Positions 16,620-25,846 of a stretch of DNA of 42,768 nucleotides are shown here, piece after piece; within the stretch, counting starts at the first letter, position 1; the number at the start of each line of letters is the position of its first letter. The DNA is from Chloroflexota bacterium (GTDB taxonomy: Bacteria > Chloroflexota > Dehalococcoidia > Tepidiformales > Tepidiformaceae). Where the stretch lies: NCBI GenBank assembly GCA_021823905.1, contig JAKALX010000001.1:1-42768 (forward strand), read 5' to 3'. A program made the position numbers and the translations under genes. The notes under the pieces were generated by a model. The model did not search any database and was not told the origin of the DNA. It saw only the letters and a program-made list of their open reading frames with translations.

Positions 16620-17735
16620 ATGCAAGCCTCAATAGTAGCGCTCGAGGCCCCAGCGCCGGAGGTGGGTCTGCAGGGGCCGAAAGGCGCTCTCCTCACGATC
16701 GCGATCCCGACGCACAACAGGGCGAGGTTTCTTAGCCTCTGCCTGGGTCAGATTGCGAAGCAACTGCCTGGGAATGAGCGGGATGTCGAACTGATCGTCT
16801 CCGACAATTGTTCGACCGACGACACGAAGGACGTGGTGCGTAGCTTCGTGGAACGAAGGATTCAGATTCGGTACCTCCTGAATTCGGAGGATCTCGGCGC
16901 GGACCGGAATTTTGCCCGGTGTTACGAGGCCGCAACGGGCAAGTACGTTGTGATCTTTGCAGACGATGATGTGTTGTTGGACGGCGCGTTGGAGAGAGTG
17001 CTTGGGGTTTTGAGGGGCGGGCAGTACGGAGTAATCCACCTAAATGGTTACGGGTATTCGGATAACTACGAGAAAGAACAGCCGCTCCAAGAGGGGTCCG
17101 GCTACGAGATCTACGACGACGCTGCGGCATTCATCAAGAAGATCCATTTTGCCATGACATTTAGCTCCGGTAACATCTTCAACAAGTCGCTCACGCCGGA
17201 TATCGATCCATTCGAGTTCGTCGGCACCTCCCTGGTGCATTTGGGGTGGATTCTACGAGCGATCGTTCGGGCCAAGACGAATGGTTACATAGAGGAATTC
17301 GTGGTGGCTGCAAAGACGCACAATACTGGTGGCTATCAACTGTGCAAGGTGTTTGGAGAGAACATCAATAGAATCTTTGATGCACTGGCGCGCGGAGGGA
17401 TGGATAGAGGCTATTTCAGGACGGTAAATAGCCATCTGGTAAGCATGTTCCTTCCCTCCTACGTACTAAAGGCAAGGAGGGGGGAGGTGGGCTATTCCTT
17501 TGCGAGAGAAGACTATTTCGACAGCCTATATCCGATCTTTAGGAAGTACCTGTCGTTCTGGTTGGTTATGGTTCCGGTCATATCACTACCCGTTTCTCTG
17601 GCAGCGCTCTGGTTTAGGCTCGCCTGGCACGCCCAGAGGATGAGCGAGCGCTTGAGGGGATCACCGGTGGCGAAGTTGGCTCGGCTGGGAGCGCGACGCG
17701 AAGCGCGTCCCAAGGGTTATAGGGTGGTATTGTGA
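16620..17735 (+). CDS. Family 2 glycosyltransferase
   Basis: It has LLTIAIPTHNRARFLSLCLGQI, LIVSDNCSTDDT and VVIFADDDV (the DxD region). Candidate starts are ATG 16620, which lies inside the IS right inverted repeat, or GTG 16662. GC content is visibly lower than in neighbouring genes. Confidence 0.8.
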   Translation: MQASIVALEAPAPEVGLQGPKGALLTIAIPTHNRARFLSLCLGQIAKQLPGNERDVELIVSDNCSTDDTKDVVRSFVERRIQIRYLLNSEDLGADRNFARCYEAATGKYVVIFADDDVLLDGALERVLGVLRGGQYGVIHLNGYGYSDNYEKEQPLQEGSGYEIYDDAAAFIKKIHFAMTFSSGNIFNKSLTPDIDPFEFVGTSLVHLGWILRAIVRAKTNGYIEEFVVAAKTHNTGGYQLCKVFGENINRIFDALARGGMDRGYFRTVNSHLVSMFLPSYVLKARRGEVGYSFAREDYFDSLYPIFRKYLSFWLVMVPVISLPVSLAALWFRLAWHAQRMSERLRGSPVAKLARLGARREARPKGYRVVL

Positions 17736-18222
17736 CTTCGCGGGGTGCAGCGGTGCCGCCAGGCGTTGGAGGTAGCGACTCCTCAGGGTGCATCAGTGGG
17801 AGTTGGCGGGTTCAGACGGAGATGGTAGGGATTATGGGATTGTCCGCTCTACGATTTCGGGAGCATCGGTTTGGCTCTTATGCCGGTGACGGCGTTGGCC
17901 AGCGTGGTTGTGGTTTCGATAATGCCCGTGCGAACGTGGGCCGAGGCGTGAGCGGCTCCTGTCGGCCGAGGGCGGAGAAGGGCAGGATCCTGACTGTTCG
18001 CGTGGCAGGAGGTCAGGCCGCGCTGGGCTGGGGTGCCGGGAAAGACTCCATGAACCGAGAATTGGAGAGGCGCGATTGCACTGGGGTGTTGTGAGAGCCG
18101 AGTAGGGGTCACGTTGACGCAACATATGCTCGATGCCCAGTTGGGGTTGAGCGATTGGGTGCGCTGGCGGCCGGTTGGCCGTCGTCGGCGTCGGAGGTTC
18201 GTGTTCGCGTTTAGGGGGGCTG

Positions 18223-19167
18223 ATGCCACACCCGTTGGTCTTCACGATCGTCCTCAACTACAAGAGCCCTCACCTCACGCTGGGATGTGTCCGTTCGATC
18301 CTGGACTGTGGCTATCCGAACCTACGCGTGGTGGTGGTTGACAACGCGTCTGGCGACGAGTCTCTGGAAGTGTTCCGGCGTGGCCTGGCTGCGGGGTCGG
18401 TGGACCTTCTTGGGAACGCGGTCAACGAGGGCTACGCCGGCGGTAACAATCGTGGCATCGACTACGCCCTGGCGGGCGGTGCGGACTACATCTTTGTTTT
18501 GAACAACGACACCGTGGTTCATGAGGGGTGCATTGCACCCTTGATCGTGGCCATGGAAGCAGACCATCAGCTTGGCGTTGCGGGCTGTCCCATCTACGAA
18601 GTGGGCAAAGGGGTGGGTTTGAAGCAGGGCGAGGAGATCGACTTCAAGACCGGCGAGGTCGCCCGGCGCCGACAGGTAGTGCCCGTTCCCAGAACCACAG
18701 AGGTTGACTTCATCTGTGGGGCCGCGATCATGCTGAGGGCCAGCATGGTAAGAGCGATCGGTGGGTTCGACCCGGGACTCTTCCTGTTATATGAAGACGC
18801 TGACATCTGCTTCCGAGCTAGGGCCGCCGGCTACCGAGTCTCTTTTGTCCCTAGCCCTGGAATCACTCACTATGCGAGCGTGTCCACAAAGAGGGCGCTG
18901 CCAATGGCCACCTATTTCGGGATGCGCAACCGGGCCTGGTTCGTTCGACGTCACGGGAGCCTGCGACAGCGGCTTCTCTTCAACGTGTGTGCCTTCCTTT
19001 ACCTGTACCCCAAAGCGATTCTAGGCCGACTTGTTGGTCGCGAATGGACCCTGATAGCCCCCACCGTCAAGGGGATGTGGCAAGGCCACTGGGGCTATCA
19101 AGGTTATCAACGGCCGGATGTCGGCGAGGCCGGCCGCCCAAGCTCCCGTCGGTCGCTTGGTCGCTGA
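18223..19167 (+). CDS. Family 2 glycosyltransferase (rhamnosyltransferase-like subgroup)
   Basis: ATG at 18223 follows AGGGGGG. It has FTIVLNYKSPHLTLGCVRSI, VVVVDNASGD, NEGYAGGNNRG, VLNNDT and LYEDADICFRAR. Confidence 0.85.
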   Translation: MPHPLVFTIVLNYKSPHLTLGCVRSILDCGYPNLRVVVVDNASGDESLEVFRRGLAAGSVDLLGNAVNEGYAGGNNRGIDYALAGGADYIFVLNNDTVVHEGCIAPLIVAMEADHQLGVAGCPIYEVGKGVGLKQGEEIDFKTGEVARRRQVVPVPRTTEVDFICGAAIMLRASMVRAIGGFDPGLFLLYEDADICFRARAAGYRVSFVPSPGITHYASVSTKRALPMATYFGMRNRAWFVRRHGSLRQRLLFNVCAFLYLYPKAILGRLVGREWTLIAPTVKGMWQGHWGYQGYQRPDVGEAGRPSSRRSLGR

Positions 19168-19190
19168 GTTCGTACCGGTTGCGAGTATCC

Positions 19191-20423
19191 ATGTCTTCAA
19201 GACCAACAATCAAGCTGGCGGTCGTTATCAGCCACCCGATTCAATACTTCGCCCCCTTGTTCAAAAGACTTGCGGGGCTGGCCGAGATCGATCTGACCGT
19301 ACTCTACAGCTCCAGCATCGGGGCTTCGCGTTACCGGGACCCTGCATTCGGGACGACATTTGCCTGGGATCTGCCTCTCCTGGACGGGTACGTTCACAAG
19401 GTTATGCACAACCTGGGACGGGCGCAGCGAAACCGTTTCTTCTCCTACACGTCCCCTGCAGTGTTTGGTGAACTTTGGCGAGGCCGATACGATGCCGTGA
19501 TTGTCTTCGGCTGGGGCGATGCGACCTCATGGTGTGCCCTTGCGGCGGCTCGCCTGGGCCGCATCCCCTATTTGCTCTATGGCGACACGAACCCATTGTA
19601 CGAGGCGGAGAAGCCGCCATTGAAGCGTTTCGTCCGCGCGCGAGTGCTCGGACGGATGTTCAAAGGAGCGGCAGCAATCCTCGCGACGGGGTCTTTGAAC
19701 CGGGAGTTCTACCGGTCGCACGGCGTTCCCATGGATAAGTGCTTCAATGTACCCCTCGCTGTCGATAACGGATATTTCGAAGAGCGAGCAGCTATCGCAC
19801 AAGAGCGGCGCGAAGAGGTCCGGAAGCGCTACAGCATCCCATTGAAATGCGTGCTGGTGCTTTTCGTCGGCAAGCTGGAGACGCACAAGCGGCCGCAGGA
19901 TGTTCTGACGGCGGTTGCGGCGCTGCGGGCCAGGTTCAAGTGGCTGGGCGCGGCGTTCGCGGGTGACGGCGAGCTGAAGGGCGCGCTGGAAGCGAAAGCG
20001 GCGCGGCAGGGGTTGAAGGACATTTTCTTCCTCGGGTTCAGGAACCAGAGCGAACTGCCGGAGATCTACGCTATTGCCGACATGCTTGTACTGCCGTCAG
20101 CGTCTGAAGCACGCGGGCTGGTCGTCAACGAGGCAATGGCGTGCGGACTCCCGGTGATCGTCAGTGACCGAACTGGTGTGTGGGGCGAGGGCGATATGGT
20201 CCGGGCCGGCGAGAACGGTTTTGTCTATCCCTGCGGCGACACTTTCGCCCTTGCGGGCATGGTGGGGAGGCTCGCCGGTGACTCGAAACTGCGGGAGCGG
20301 ATGGGACAAAGATCGCGCGAGATCATCCAGGAGTTTGGGTACGACTCCTGTGTGTTGGGGATCTTGGAGGCGCTAACCCACGTCGGGTACCGGCGGGTTG
20401 CCAAGGCATGGGTTTGTTCTTGA
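19191..20423 (+). CDS. Family 4 glycosyltransferase (GT-B)
   Basis: ATG at 19191 is in frame within track ORF 18987..20423. The C-terminal half reads FVGKLETHKRPQD...LVLPSASEARGLVVNEAMACGLPVIVSD, the EX7E region. Confidence 0.85.
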   Translation: MSSRPTIKLAVVISHPIQYFAPLFKRLAGLAEIDLTVLYSSSIGASRYRDPAFGTTFAWDLPLLDGYVHKVMHNLGRAQRNRFFSYTSPAVFGELWRGRYDAVIVFGWGDATSWCALAAARLGRIPYLLYGDTNPLYEAEKPPLKRFVRARVLGRMFKGAAAILATGSLNREFYRSHGVPMDKCFNVPLAVDNGYFEERAAIAQERREEVRKRYSIPLKCVLVLFVGKLETHKRPQDVLTAVAALRARFKWLGAAFAGDGELKGALEAKAARQGLKDIFFLGFRNQSELPEIYAIADMLVLPSASEARGLVVNEAMACGLPVIVSDRTGVWGEGDMVRAGENGFVYPCGDTFALAGMVGRLAGDSKLRERMGQRSREIIQEFGYDSCVLGILEALTHVGYRRVAKAWVCS

Positions 20424-20745
20424 TGATGCCAGGGGAGCAATGTGCAGAGCAGCCCAGTCGACAGTACCGGGGTGGGCACAAGCATCAGAATGGGCCCACA
20501 GGTGGAGGAGGGACGCTGGGACTACTTGGAGGGCGGGCTCCGACTCCGACCACTGTAGTGCGGTTGAGTGCGAACCGAAACTCGGGCGGGGGATGGCCAA
20601 AGCCGCCGATAGTTGCGTCACCCGCCTCCACAAGTCTCGTGTCGCCCTCAAGAAGCTTTACAAGAACTACCCGGCTCCCGGTGATCTCGATTATACCAGG
20701 GACCGAAGTAGGAAGCGCTGAGGTTCGAGAGGCAACCTGCGGCTA

Positions 20746-21831
20746 ATGAGTGCGAAGGTCACCATCTGTCTTCCGACCTTTAATCGCGCGGTCTCGTTGC
20801 GGCGGGCGATTCATGCGCTGCTTGGGCAGACGTTCGCCGACTTCGAGCTAATTGTGTGCGACGACGCGTCGGTGGACGACACGCCTGCCGTGGTGCGATC
20901 GTTCGGCGACCCACGGATAAGGTATGTTTGCAACACGGCCAACCTGGGGCTTTACGCGAACTGGAACATAGGGATTGACTTGGCCCAGGGTGACTACGTC
21001 GCCATCTACCATGACCATGACGTGTACCTGCCCACGATCGTCGAGCGATCGGTCGCGTTGCTGAATCGCCACCAGGCCGCGAGCTTCGTTCACACGGCAA
21101 ATCTTGGGATTGATAGCCTTGGCCAGGTCGTCAACGTGGATATTCGGCCTTTTCCGGAGCTGTCGGAGGGGGGTAGCGTGGTGCGGGTATTGGCCGGCAG
21201 TTGGCACTCGCCGGTGATGGCGGCGACCACGATGGTGCGCCGGGAGGCGTACCGGCGCGTGGGCCGGTACGAGCCGGAGCGGTATGGCGTCGACTGCGAC
21301 CTCGACATGTGGTTCCGCCTCGCACAAGCGGGGGATGTCGCGTACGAGCGTGAGCCACAGGCTCTCATTCGCGCTCGTTCGAAAGGTCAGGCCACGGCGC
21401 GTTTCTCCTGGCTCCAGGAGAGTCAGATCATTCAGATGCGTCGCGACCATCTCGACTGCGGGCTGATTAGTGGCGGCTGGCGCGCATTGGTTGCTCGCTG
21501 GAAGTTTGCCCTTGAGCGCGACCTGCGTCTCACCTCCACCTACCTGCGGGCGGTCCTCCTCGAGCCCAGCGAATCAGTTGCCTTGGGTGAAGAGGTCATT
21601 CGCAGCGGGTGCGGAGCCTTGGCCTGGAACACCGCACGTGTGGCGAGGCACAGCGTGGTGCTTCAGGTGCTGTTGCGTCGTTTGGTTCTGCCATATCACT
21701 ACAGAAGGGTCCGGCGGCTGCTCGACCGGCGGAGGGCTGCCGCTGAGGAATTTGTTCGCGACCACCCGGCACTCGTTGCCTATTTGCGGCGTAGCGGACA
21801 GCAATGCTGCACCGACCAGGATCTGTCATGA
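20746..21831 (+). CDS. Family 2 glycosyltransferase
   Basis: It has VTICLPTFNRAVSLRRAIHALLGQTF, LIVCDDASVDDT and YVAIYHDHDV. Confidence 0.85.
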   Translation: MSAKVTICLPTFNRAVSLRRAIHALLGQTFADFELIVCDDASVDDTPAVVRSFGDPRIRYVCNTANLGLYANWNIGIDLAQGDYVAIYHDHDVYLPTIVERSVALLNRHQAASFVHTANLGIDSLGQVVNVDIRPFPELSEGGSVVRVLAGSWHSPVMAATTMVRREAYRRVGRYEPERYGVDCDLDMWFRLAQAGDVAYEREPQALIRARSKGQATARFSWLQESQIIQMRRDHLDCGLISGGWRALVARWKFALERDLRLTSTYLRAVLLEPSESVALGEEVIRSGCGALAWNTARVARHSVVLQVLLRRLVLPYHYRRVRRLLDRRRAAAEEFVRDHPALVAYLRRSGQQCCTDQDLS

Positions 21832-23399
21832 CTGCAGCCACCGGCACCGTCATCGCCGGCCCCCGGTCACGGCCGGCATCGCCGACCGGGGTGGTGTTCC
21901 TTCTGACGGCGCTGCTCGGTTCTTGCACGGTGGGCGGGGCGGACATCATTATGGTCGGCTATCCGGACCAAGAGATTGCGGTCCTGGCGGCGGTGCTCGG
22001 CCTGGTCGTGCTCGCGCCTGCAGTCGCGTCGATGAGGTTCCAGGCCCGGCGTCTTGACCCGATGCACCCCCTGTTCTTTGCTGCGTGGGCGTTCTTCCTC
22101 CCAGAGTTCGTCGTGGCGGCGTTCCTCATCCTCTCCGGTCAGCTGGACAGCGTCGCGTCGTGGGTGCTTCAGGATCCCACCGCCGCGCGGATCGCGGCGC
22201 TCAGGATGGCAATTGTCGGCAGCCTTGGGCTCAGCGCCGGCTACCTCCTTCCCGTCGGGCGACGTATCGCGGCAAGGCTGCCGCAGCCTAAGACATTTGA
22301 GAACTCCACCGCGTTGGCCCGGCCGGCAGCGGTGCTCCTGTTGCTGTTTGGCGGCATGGGTGTCATCTGGGCCTTTCGCAATGGGGGGTTCGGGTACCAG
22401 TTCAACCTCGAGATCCCGATGTTCGGCGCGATGTTTGCGTTCCTCTCACAGCTCCTGGTAGTCGGCCAGGGCATCGTGTGGTTCTCGTTCTTCAGGCAGG
22501 GGCGCGGTTGGTGGTTGCTTGCGCTCCTTGCCCTCGGATTGGTGCTAACGACTGTTGCGGCCAGCGGCAGTCGTGGGGCGCTGTTTTCAGCCCTGGTGCT
22601 CCTGCTGGCCTGCTACCTCTATGCGCAAGATCGCCTCTGGATCCGGCGGCTGTGGAAGTGGGTGATTGTCCTGCTGGCCGGCCTGTGGGTCGGGGTCGTT
22701 TTTGGGACTTCGTTCCGCTGGATCAAGATTGAGCAACTGGGGCGGTCGGAGTCGATGAGCGCCGAGGAAGTGGCGGCGGTCGCCCGGAAGTCGGCGTCTG
22801 AAATGGGCTCGACGCCGCTTCGTGAGACGGTAAAGTTCGGCTGGGACAGGCTCGTCGAACGGCTTGACGGCCTCACCTCGCTGGGTGTCATCGTCGCAAA
22901 CTCTGGGGCGCTCAAGCGGGATGAGATGGCGCTCGGCATCGATCACAACATCGCCCGCGACTTCGTGAACTCACTGGTACCGCGATTTCTATGGCCGGAT
23001 AAACCGACTGTGGGCATTGCGGAGCAGATCGGCGGTCTCTACTACGGGACCGAGCACACTTCGCCGGCCGTAACCTACATGGGCGATTTGTACCGCAACT
23101 ACGGTTGGGGAGGTGTTTTCCCAGGGATGTTCCTCATCGGGTTGGTCCTTCGCGCGATCTACGCATGGTTGATCGAGGGGCACGCACTCACAGGTGTGCG
23201 TGTCGGAATCTATTTCATCACGACCACTGCGGTGCAGTACGAAGGCCTTTACAGCACGTATTTCCCGACATTGTTCCGAGTGCTTGCCGTTGGTCTGGCG
23301 GGGGTCGGAGCGGCGTTCGTGACGGCCAGACTCTTCCTAGGCTCACCCCCCGGGAAGCAAGGGCGGGACGCGTCCAAGGGCTTTCGGCCGGGCATGTGA
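21828..23399 (+). CDS. wzy: Polytopic membrane protein, Wzy-like repeat-unit polymerase
   Basis: The start ATG at 21828 overlaps the upstream stop (ATGA). It has at least 10 hydrophobic segments and a large loop (about residues 330-400) after the TM block ending GSRGALFSALVLLLACYLY, which is a typical wzy architecture. Wzy proteins are too divergent to confirm by eye. Confidence 0.6.
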   Translation: MTAATGTVIAGPRSRPASPTGVVFLLTALLGSCTVGGADIIMVGYPDQEIAVLAAVLGLVVLAPAVASMRFQARRLDPMHPLFFAAWAFFLPEFVVAAFLILSGQLDSVASWVLQDPTAARIAALRMAIVGSLGLSAGYLLPVGRRIAARLPQPKTFENSTALARPAAVLLLLFGGMGVIWAFRNGGFGYQFNLEIPMFGAMFAFLSQLLVVGQGIVWFSFFRQGRGWWLLALLALGLVLTTVAASGSRGALFSALVLLLACYLYAQDRLWIRRLWKWVIVLLAGLWVGVVFGTSFRWIKIEQLGRSESMSAEEVAAVARKSASEMGSTPLRETVKFGWDRLVERLDGLTSLGVIVANSGALKRDEMALGIDHNIARDFVNSLVPRFLWPDKPTVGIAEQIGGLYYGTEHTSPAVTYMGDLYRNYGWGGVFPGMFLIGLVLRAIYAWLIEGHALTGVRVGIYFITTTAVQYEGLYSTYFPTLFRVLAVGLAGVGAAFVTARLFLGSPPGKQGRDASKGFRPGM

Positions 23400-23408
23400 A
23401 GAGCGAAG

Positions 23409-24230
23409 ATGGCGTACATCCCGCTGGAGTTCTGGAGTGAGTTGGTCAGATCCGGTTCTGACTTATCCGCTGTAGGTCACCCGGCGCTGGGGGCGTACAA
23501 TCGGATCGCCTACCATTTCAGACTAGAGGCATTTCGGCGTGCGATCGGAGCGTCGGTCCCACATTGGCCAAACGTGCGCATATTCGAGGGCGGATTCGGC
23601 GTCGGGTTCTACCTCCAGTACTACGCTCACGAGGGCGTGAGGAGCGTGGCCGGGATCGACCTATCCGTCGCGGCAGTCGCGATGGTGCAGGGACGCTTCC
23701 AGGAGTTTCGGCTCGTGCAGGGCGACCTCAGTGAACAACTGGCTTTCCCTGAGGATGGTTTCGACTTGGTCACCGCGACCGATGTGCTGTACCACATTGT
23801 CGATGATCGACGGTGGCATCAGGCACTGGCGCAGCTTTGCGACCTCGTTGCGCCGGGTGGAGCGCTGCTGCTGACCGACAAGTTCCCGCGCGAAGGCATT
23901 CGCCAAGCCTTTCCGCACGTGCGCAGACGTTCATTGAGCGAGTACAAATGCGTCTTCGAAGAACGGGGTTTGAAGTTGGAGTACATTCGCCCTGTCTTTG
24001 TCTTGATGGACGACCCGATTACCTGTGGGGCGATGCGCTGGCTTGGCTACTTGAGCCTTGCTCAGTGGACGGTGGTCCAGAAGGTGATCAGAATGCTCTG
24101 GCATTGGCCTTGGCTTCGGGACGTCGTGGCCGTCTTTTTGGCGGGCCTGCAGTTCCCCTTCGAATGGGCGCTGGTCAGGTTGTTGGACCGGACCCCGAAT
24201 CTCGAGATCCTCGTGGCTAGGAAGATCTAG
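23409..24230 (+). CDS. Class I SAM-dependent methyltransferase
   Basis: It has RIFEGGFGVGFY (motif I), VAGIDLS (post-I) and DLVTATDVLYHIVDD...LVAPGGALLLTD. Confidence 0.8.
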   Translation: MAYIPLEFWSELVRSGSDLSAVGHPALGAYNRIAYHFRLEAFRRAIGASVPHWPNVRIFEGGFGVGFYLQYYAHEGVRSVAGIDLSVAAVAMVQGRFQEFRLVQGDLSEQLAFPEDGFDLVTATDVLYHIVDDRRWHQALAQLCDLVAPGGALLLTDKFPREGIRQAFPHVRRRSLSEYKCVFEERGLKLEYIRPVFVLMDDPITCGAMRWLGYLSLAQWTVVQKVIRMLWHWPWLRDVVAVFLAGLQFPFEWALVRLLDRTPNLEILVARKI

Positions 24231-24364
24231 GACTCGGACCTTTTGAAGCCGTGATCCGTGCCAAATATCAAACACGGCGCAAGAGAGCGCTTCGGATGGT
24301 CGGCGAGTTGTCTTGGCGGTCAACGTTTCGCGCCGCACAATGTGATAAGGAGGATCCAGTGGCC

Positions 24365-25801
24365 ATGAGACGGAAGCACGGAATCAGCATCGTCACTTCT
24401 TACCGTGGCGAGGTTCGGAGTTTGCCCCCTTTGAAGAAGCGTGGTTTCCTAGGCGCGGTGTTTGCGGTGATGGCGCTCCATGCGGGGTGGTGTGGTGCTG
24501 GGGAGCTAAAGCTGTTCAGTAGGGAGCTGAGCGTGTTTGGCAAGAACGTTCCGTCGCCTCCGCGGCTCTACACCGAGGCCGATGCGACGAAGAGAGCCAT
24601 GGCCCAGAAACTGCGACTATTTGCCTCGGTAGTGGGCATCAATCCGCTCGAGATCGCGGGTGAGTTCCGAATCCCGTTTTCGGACGGAACGTTTTCGGCG
24701 TACTCGACCTGCTGGGGGTCGAACGGCGGAACCGAACCGAACCTCGTGCAAACGTGGGGATACAACAACGAGTGTACGGGGCCGATCGACCCATCAAAGC
24801 CGGTAGTTGAATACACCTTTGAGAGCAACTACCTGAATCCAAACGGCGGGAACCAAGTCGAAGGGTACTTTCAATACATAAGCACAGACGGCACGATTTT
24901 GCGGCCGTGGCAGATCGAGATCCCCTTTAACGGCCCGAACGCCAACAAGCCGGTCATGTTCATTGGCGCCGATTGGTTCTCGGTATTGGATCAGACCATG
25001 ACGAAGCAGCGGGTCAAGATGTATCAGCTGTTTGCGCTTGCCCACAACGTCCCGTTCGTGTTCTCCGATACGGACGACTGCGCGGGATGCTACGTGGATG
25101 TGGGCCTTGAGCCCGGGACGCCGGGTCAGCTGCTGGTCGTTACCCCGAGAGGCCTGGGAGACCTGAGGGCTGGCGCGGTCGATGCTGTTTCGCTGAGCGG
25201 CGATGGCTCGAGTGTGACCAACCTGAGCGCGTCGAACCTGGTTGGTGGGAGCGTGGCGGACGCGCTGCTTTCGGCCAATGTGGCGATGGCCAACCGAAGC
25301 ACGAGCTTCGTGGAACCCCAGTTCTTCATTCCGGAAGGAATGGGCTCTGCGGGTGTCGTGATCCAGGGCAGCGGTACGAATATCTTCCCGGCGCTGGCGG
25401 TCTCCAACACGGGCGGCTCCGTCAATCGGACATGGCAGGTCGTGAACCGTGGCGACACTGGCGCCCTTGTATTCACAGAGGGGACGCCGGGCGACAACGG
25501 CCAGCTCTCCATCGACGCGCAGGGCAACGTGGCGGCGGCCGCCAGCCTTGCCGTGGGCGGCAAGGTCAACGTGGCGGAAGGGCAGGACAAGAGCGTGGGG
25601 CAGGTCGTCCTCGTAAATGGGAGCGCCACCGTGACGACGACGGCGGTGGATAAGGACTCGCGGATCTTCCTCTCGTACGCGGGGATCACCGGCCAACCCG
25701 GGACCCTCTACAGCTCCGAGATCCAGGACGGCGTGTCGTTCACCGTTCACAGCACTTCCTTGACCGACGACTCGCCGGTCAACTACTGGATCGTCAACTG
25801 A
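24365..25801 (+). CDS. Secreted or membrane-anchored protein of unknown function (478 aa)
   Basis: ATG at 24365 lies 11 nt after AAGGAGG. A basic N-terminus is followed by the hydrophobic segment GFLGAVFAVMALHAGWCGA. The C-terminal half is Gly/Ser/Val/Thr/Asn-rich and looks beta-strand-like. I recognise no catalytic motif. Confidence 0.7.
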   Translation: MRRKHGISIVTSYRGEVRSLPPLKKRGFLGAVFAVMALHAGWCGAGELKLFSRELSVFGKNVPSPPRLYTEADATKRAMAQKLRLFASVVGINPLEIAGEFRIPFSDGTFSAYSTCWGSNGGTEPNLVQTWGYNNECTGPIDPSKPVVEYTFESNYLNPNGGNQVEGYFQYISTDGTILRPWQIEIPFNGPNANKPVMFIGADWFSVLDQTMTKQRVKMYQLFALAHNVPFVFSDTDDCAGCYVDVGLEPGTPGQLLVVTPRGLGDLRAGAVDAVSLSGDGSSVTNLSASNLVGGSVADALLSANVAMANRSTSFVEPQFFIPEGMGSAGVVIQGSGTNIFPALAVSNTGGSVNRTWQVVNRGDTGALVFTEGTPGDNGQLSIDAQGNVAAAASLAVGGKVNVAEGQDKSVGQVVLVNGSATVTTTAVDKDSRIFLSYAGITGQPGTLYSSEIQDGVSFTVHSTSLTDDSPVNYWIVN

Positions 25802-25846
25802 GGACGCGCACCGGGTGGCTGAGCCCGCGCCGCCAAGGAAGCCCGC

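Larger units (their letters stand above)
15545..16635 (-). mobile_element. IS630-family insertion sequence (about 1.09 kb)
   Basis: It carries a two-part transposase. The imperfect terminal inverted repeats match at about 18/25 positions (left ttgaccattgcctaagtaatggtac from 15548; right end reverse complement ttgaggcttgcataacaaatgggac to 16632). TA dinucleotides flank it at 15546-47 and 16633-34, which is the IS630/Tc1 target. The exact ends are approximate. Confidence 0.8.

Noticed and set aside
17732-18257. ORFs 17732-18094 (+), 17832-18257 (-) and 17849-18229 (-) lie in the gap between two GT2 genes.
   Set aside because: They have no SD sites, no motifs and low-complexity products. The region is treated as non-coding (see the finding on the gap).
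20398-20746. ORFs 20398-20721 and 20408-20746 (+) lie between the GT4 and GT2 genes.
   Set aside because: They overlap each other in two frames, have Gly/Arg-rich products, and have no translation signals.
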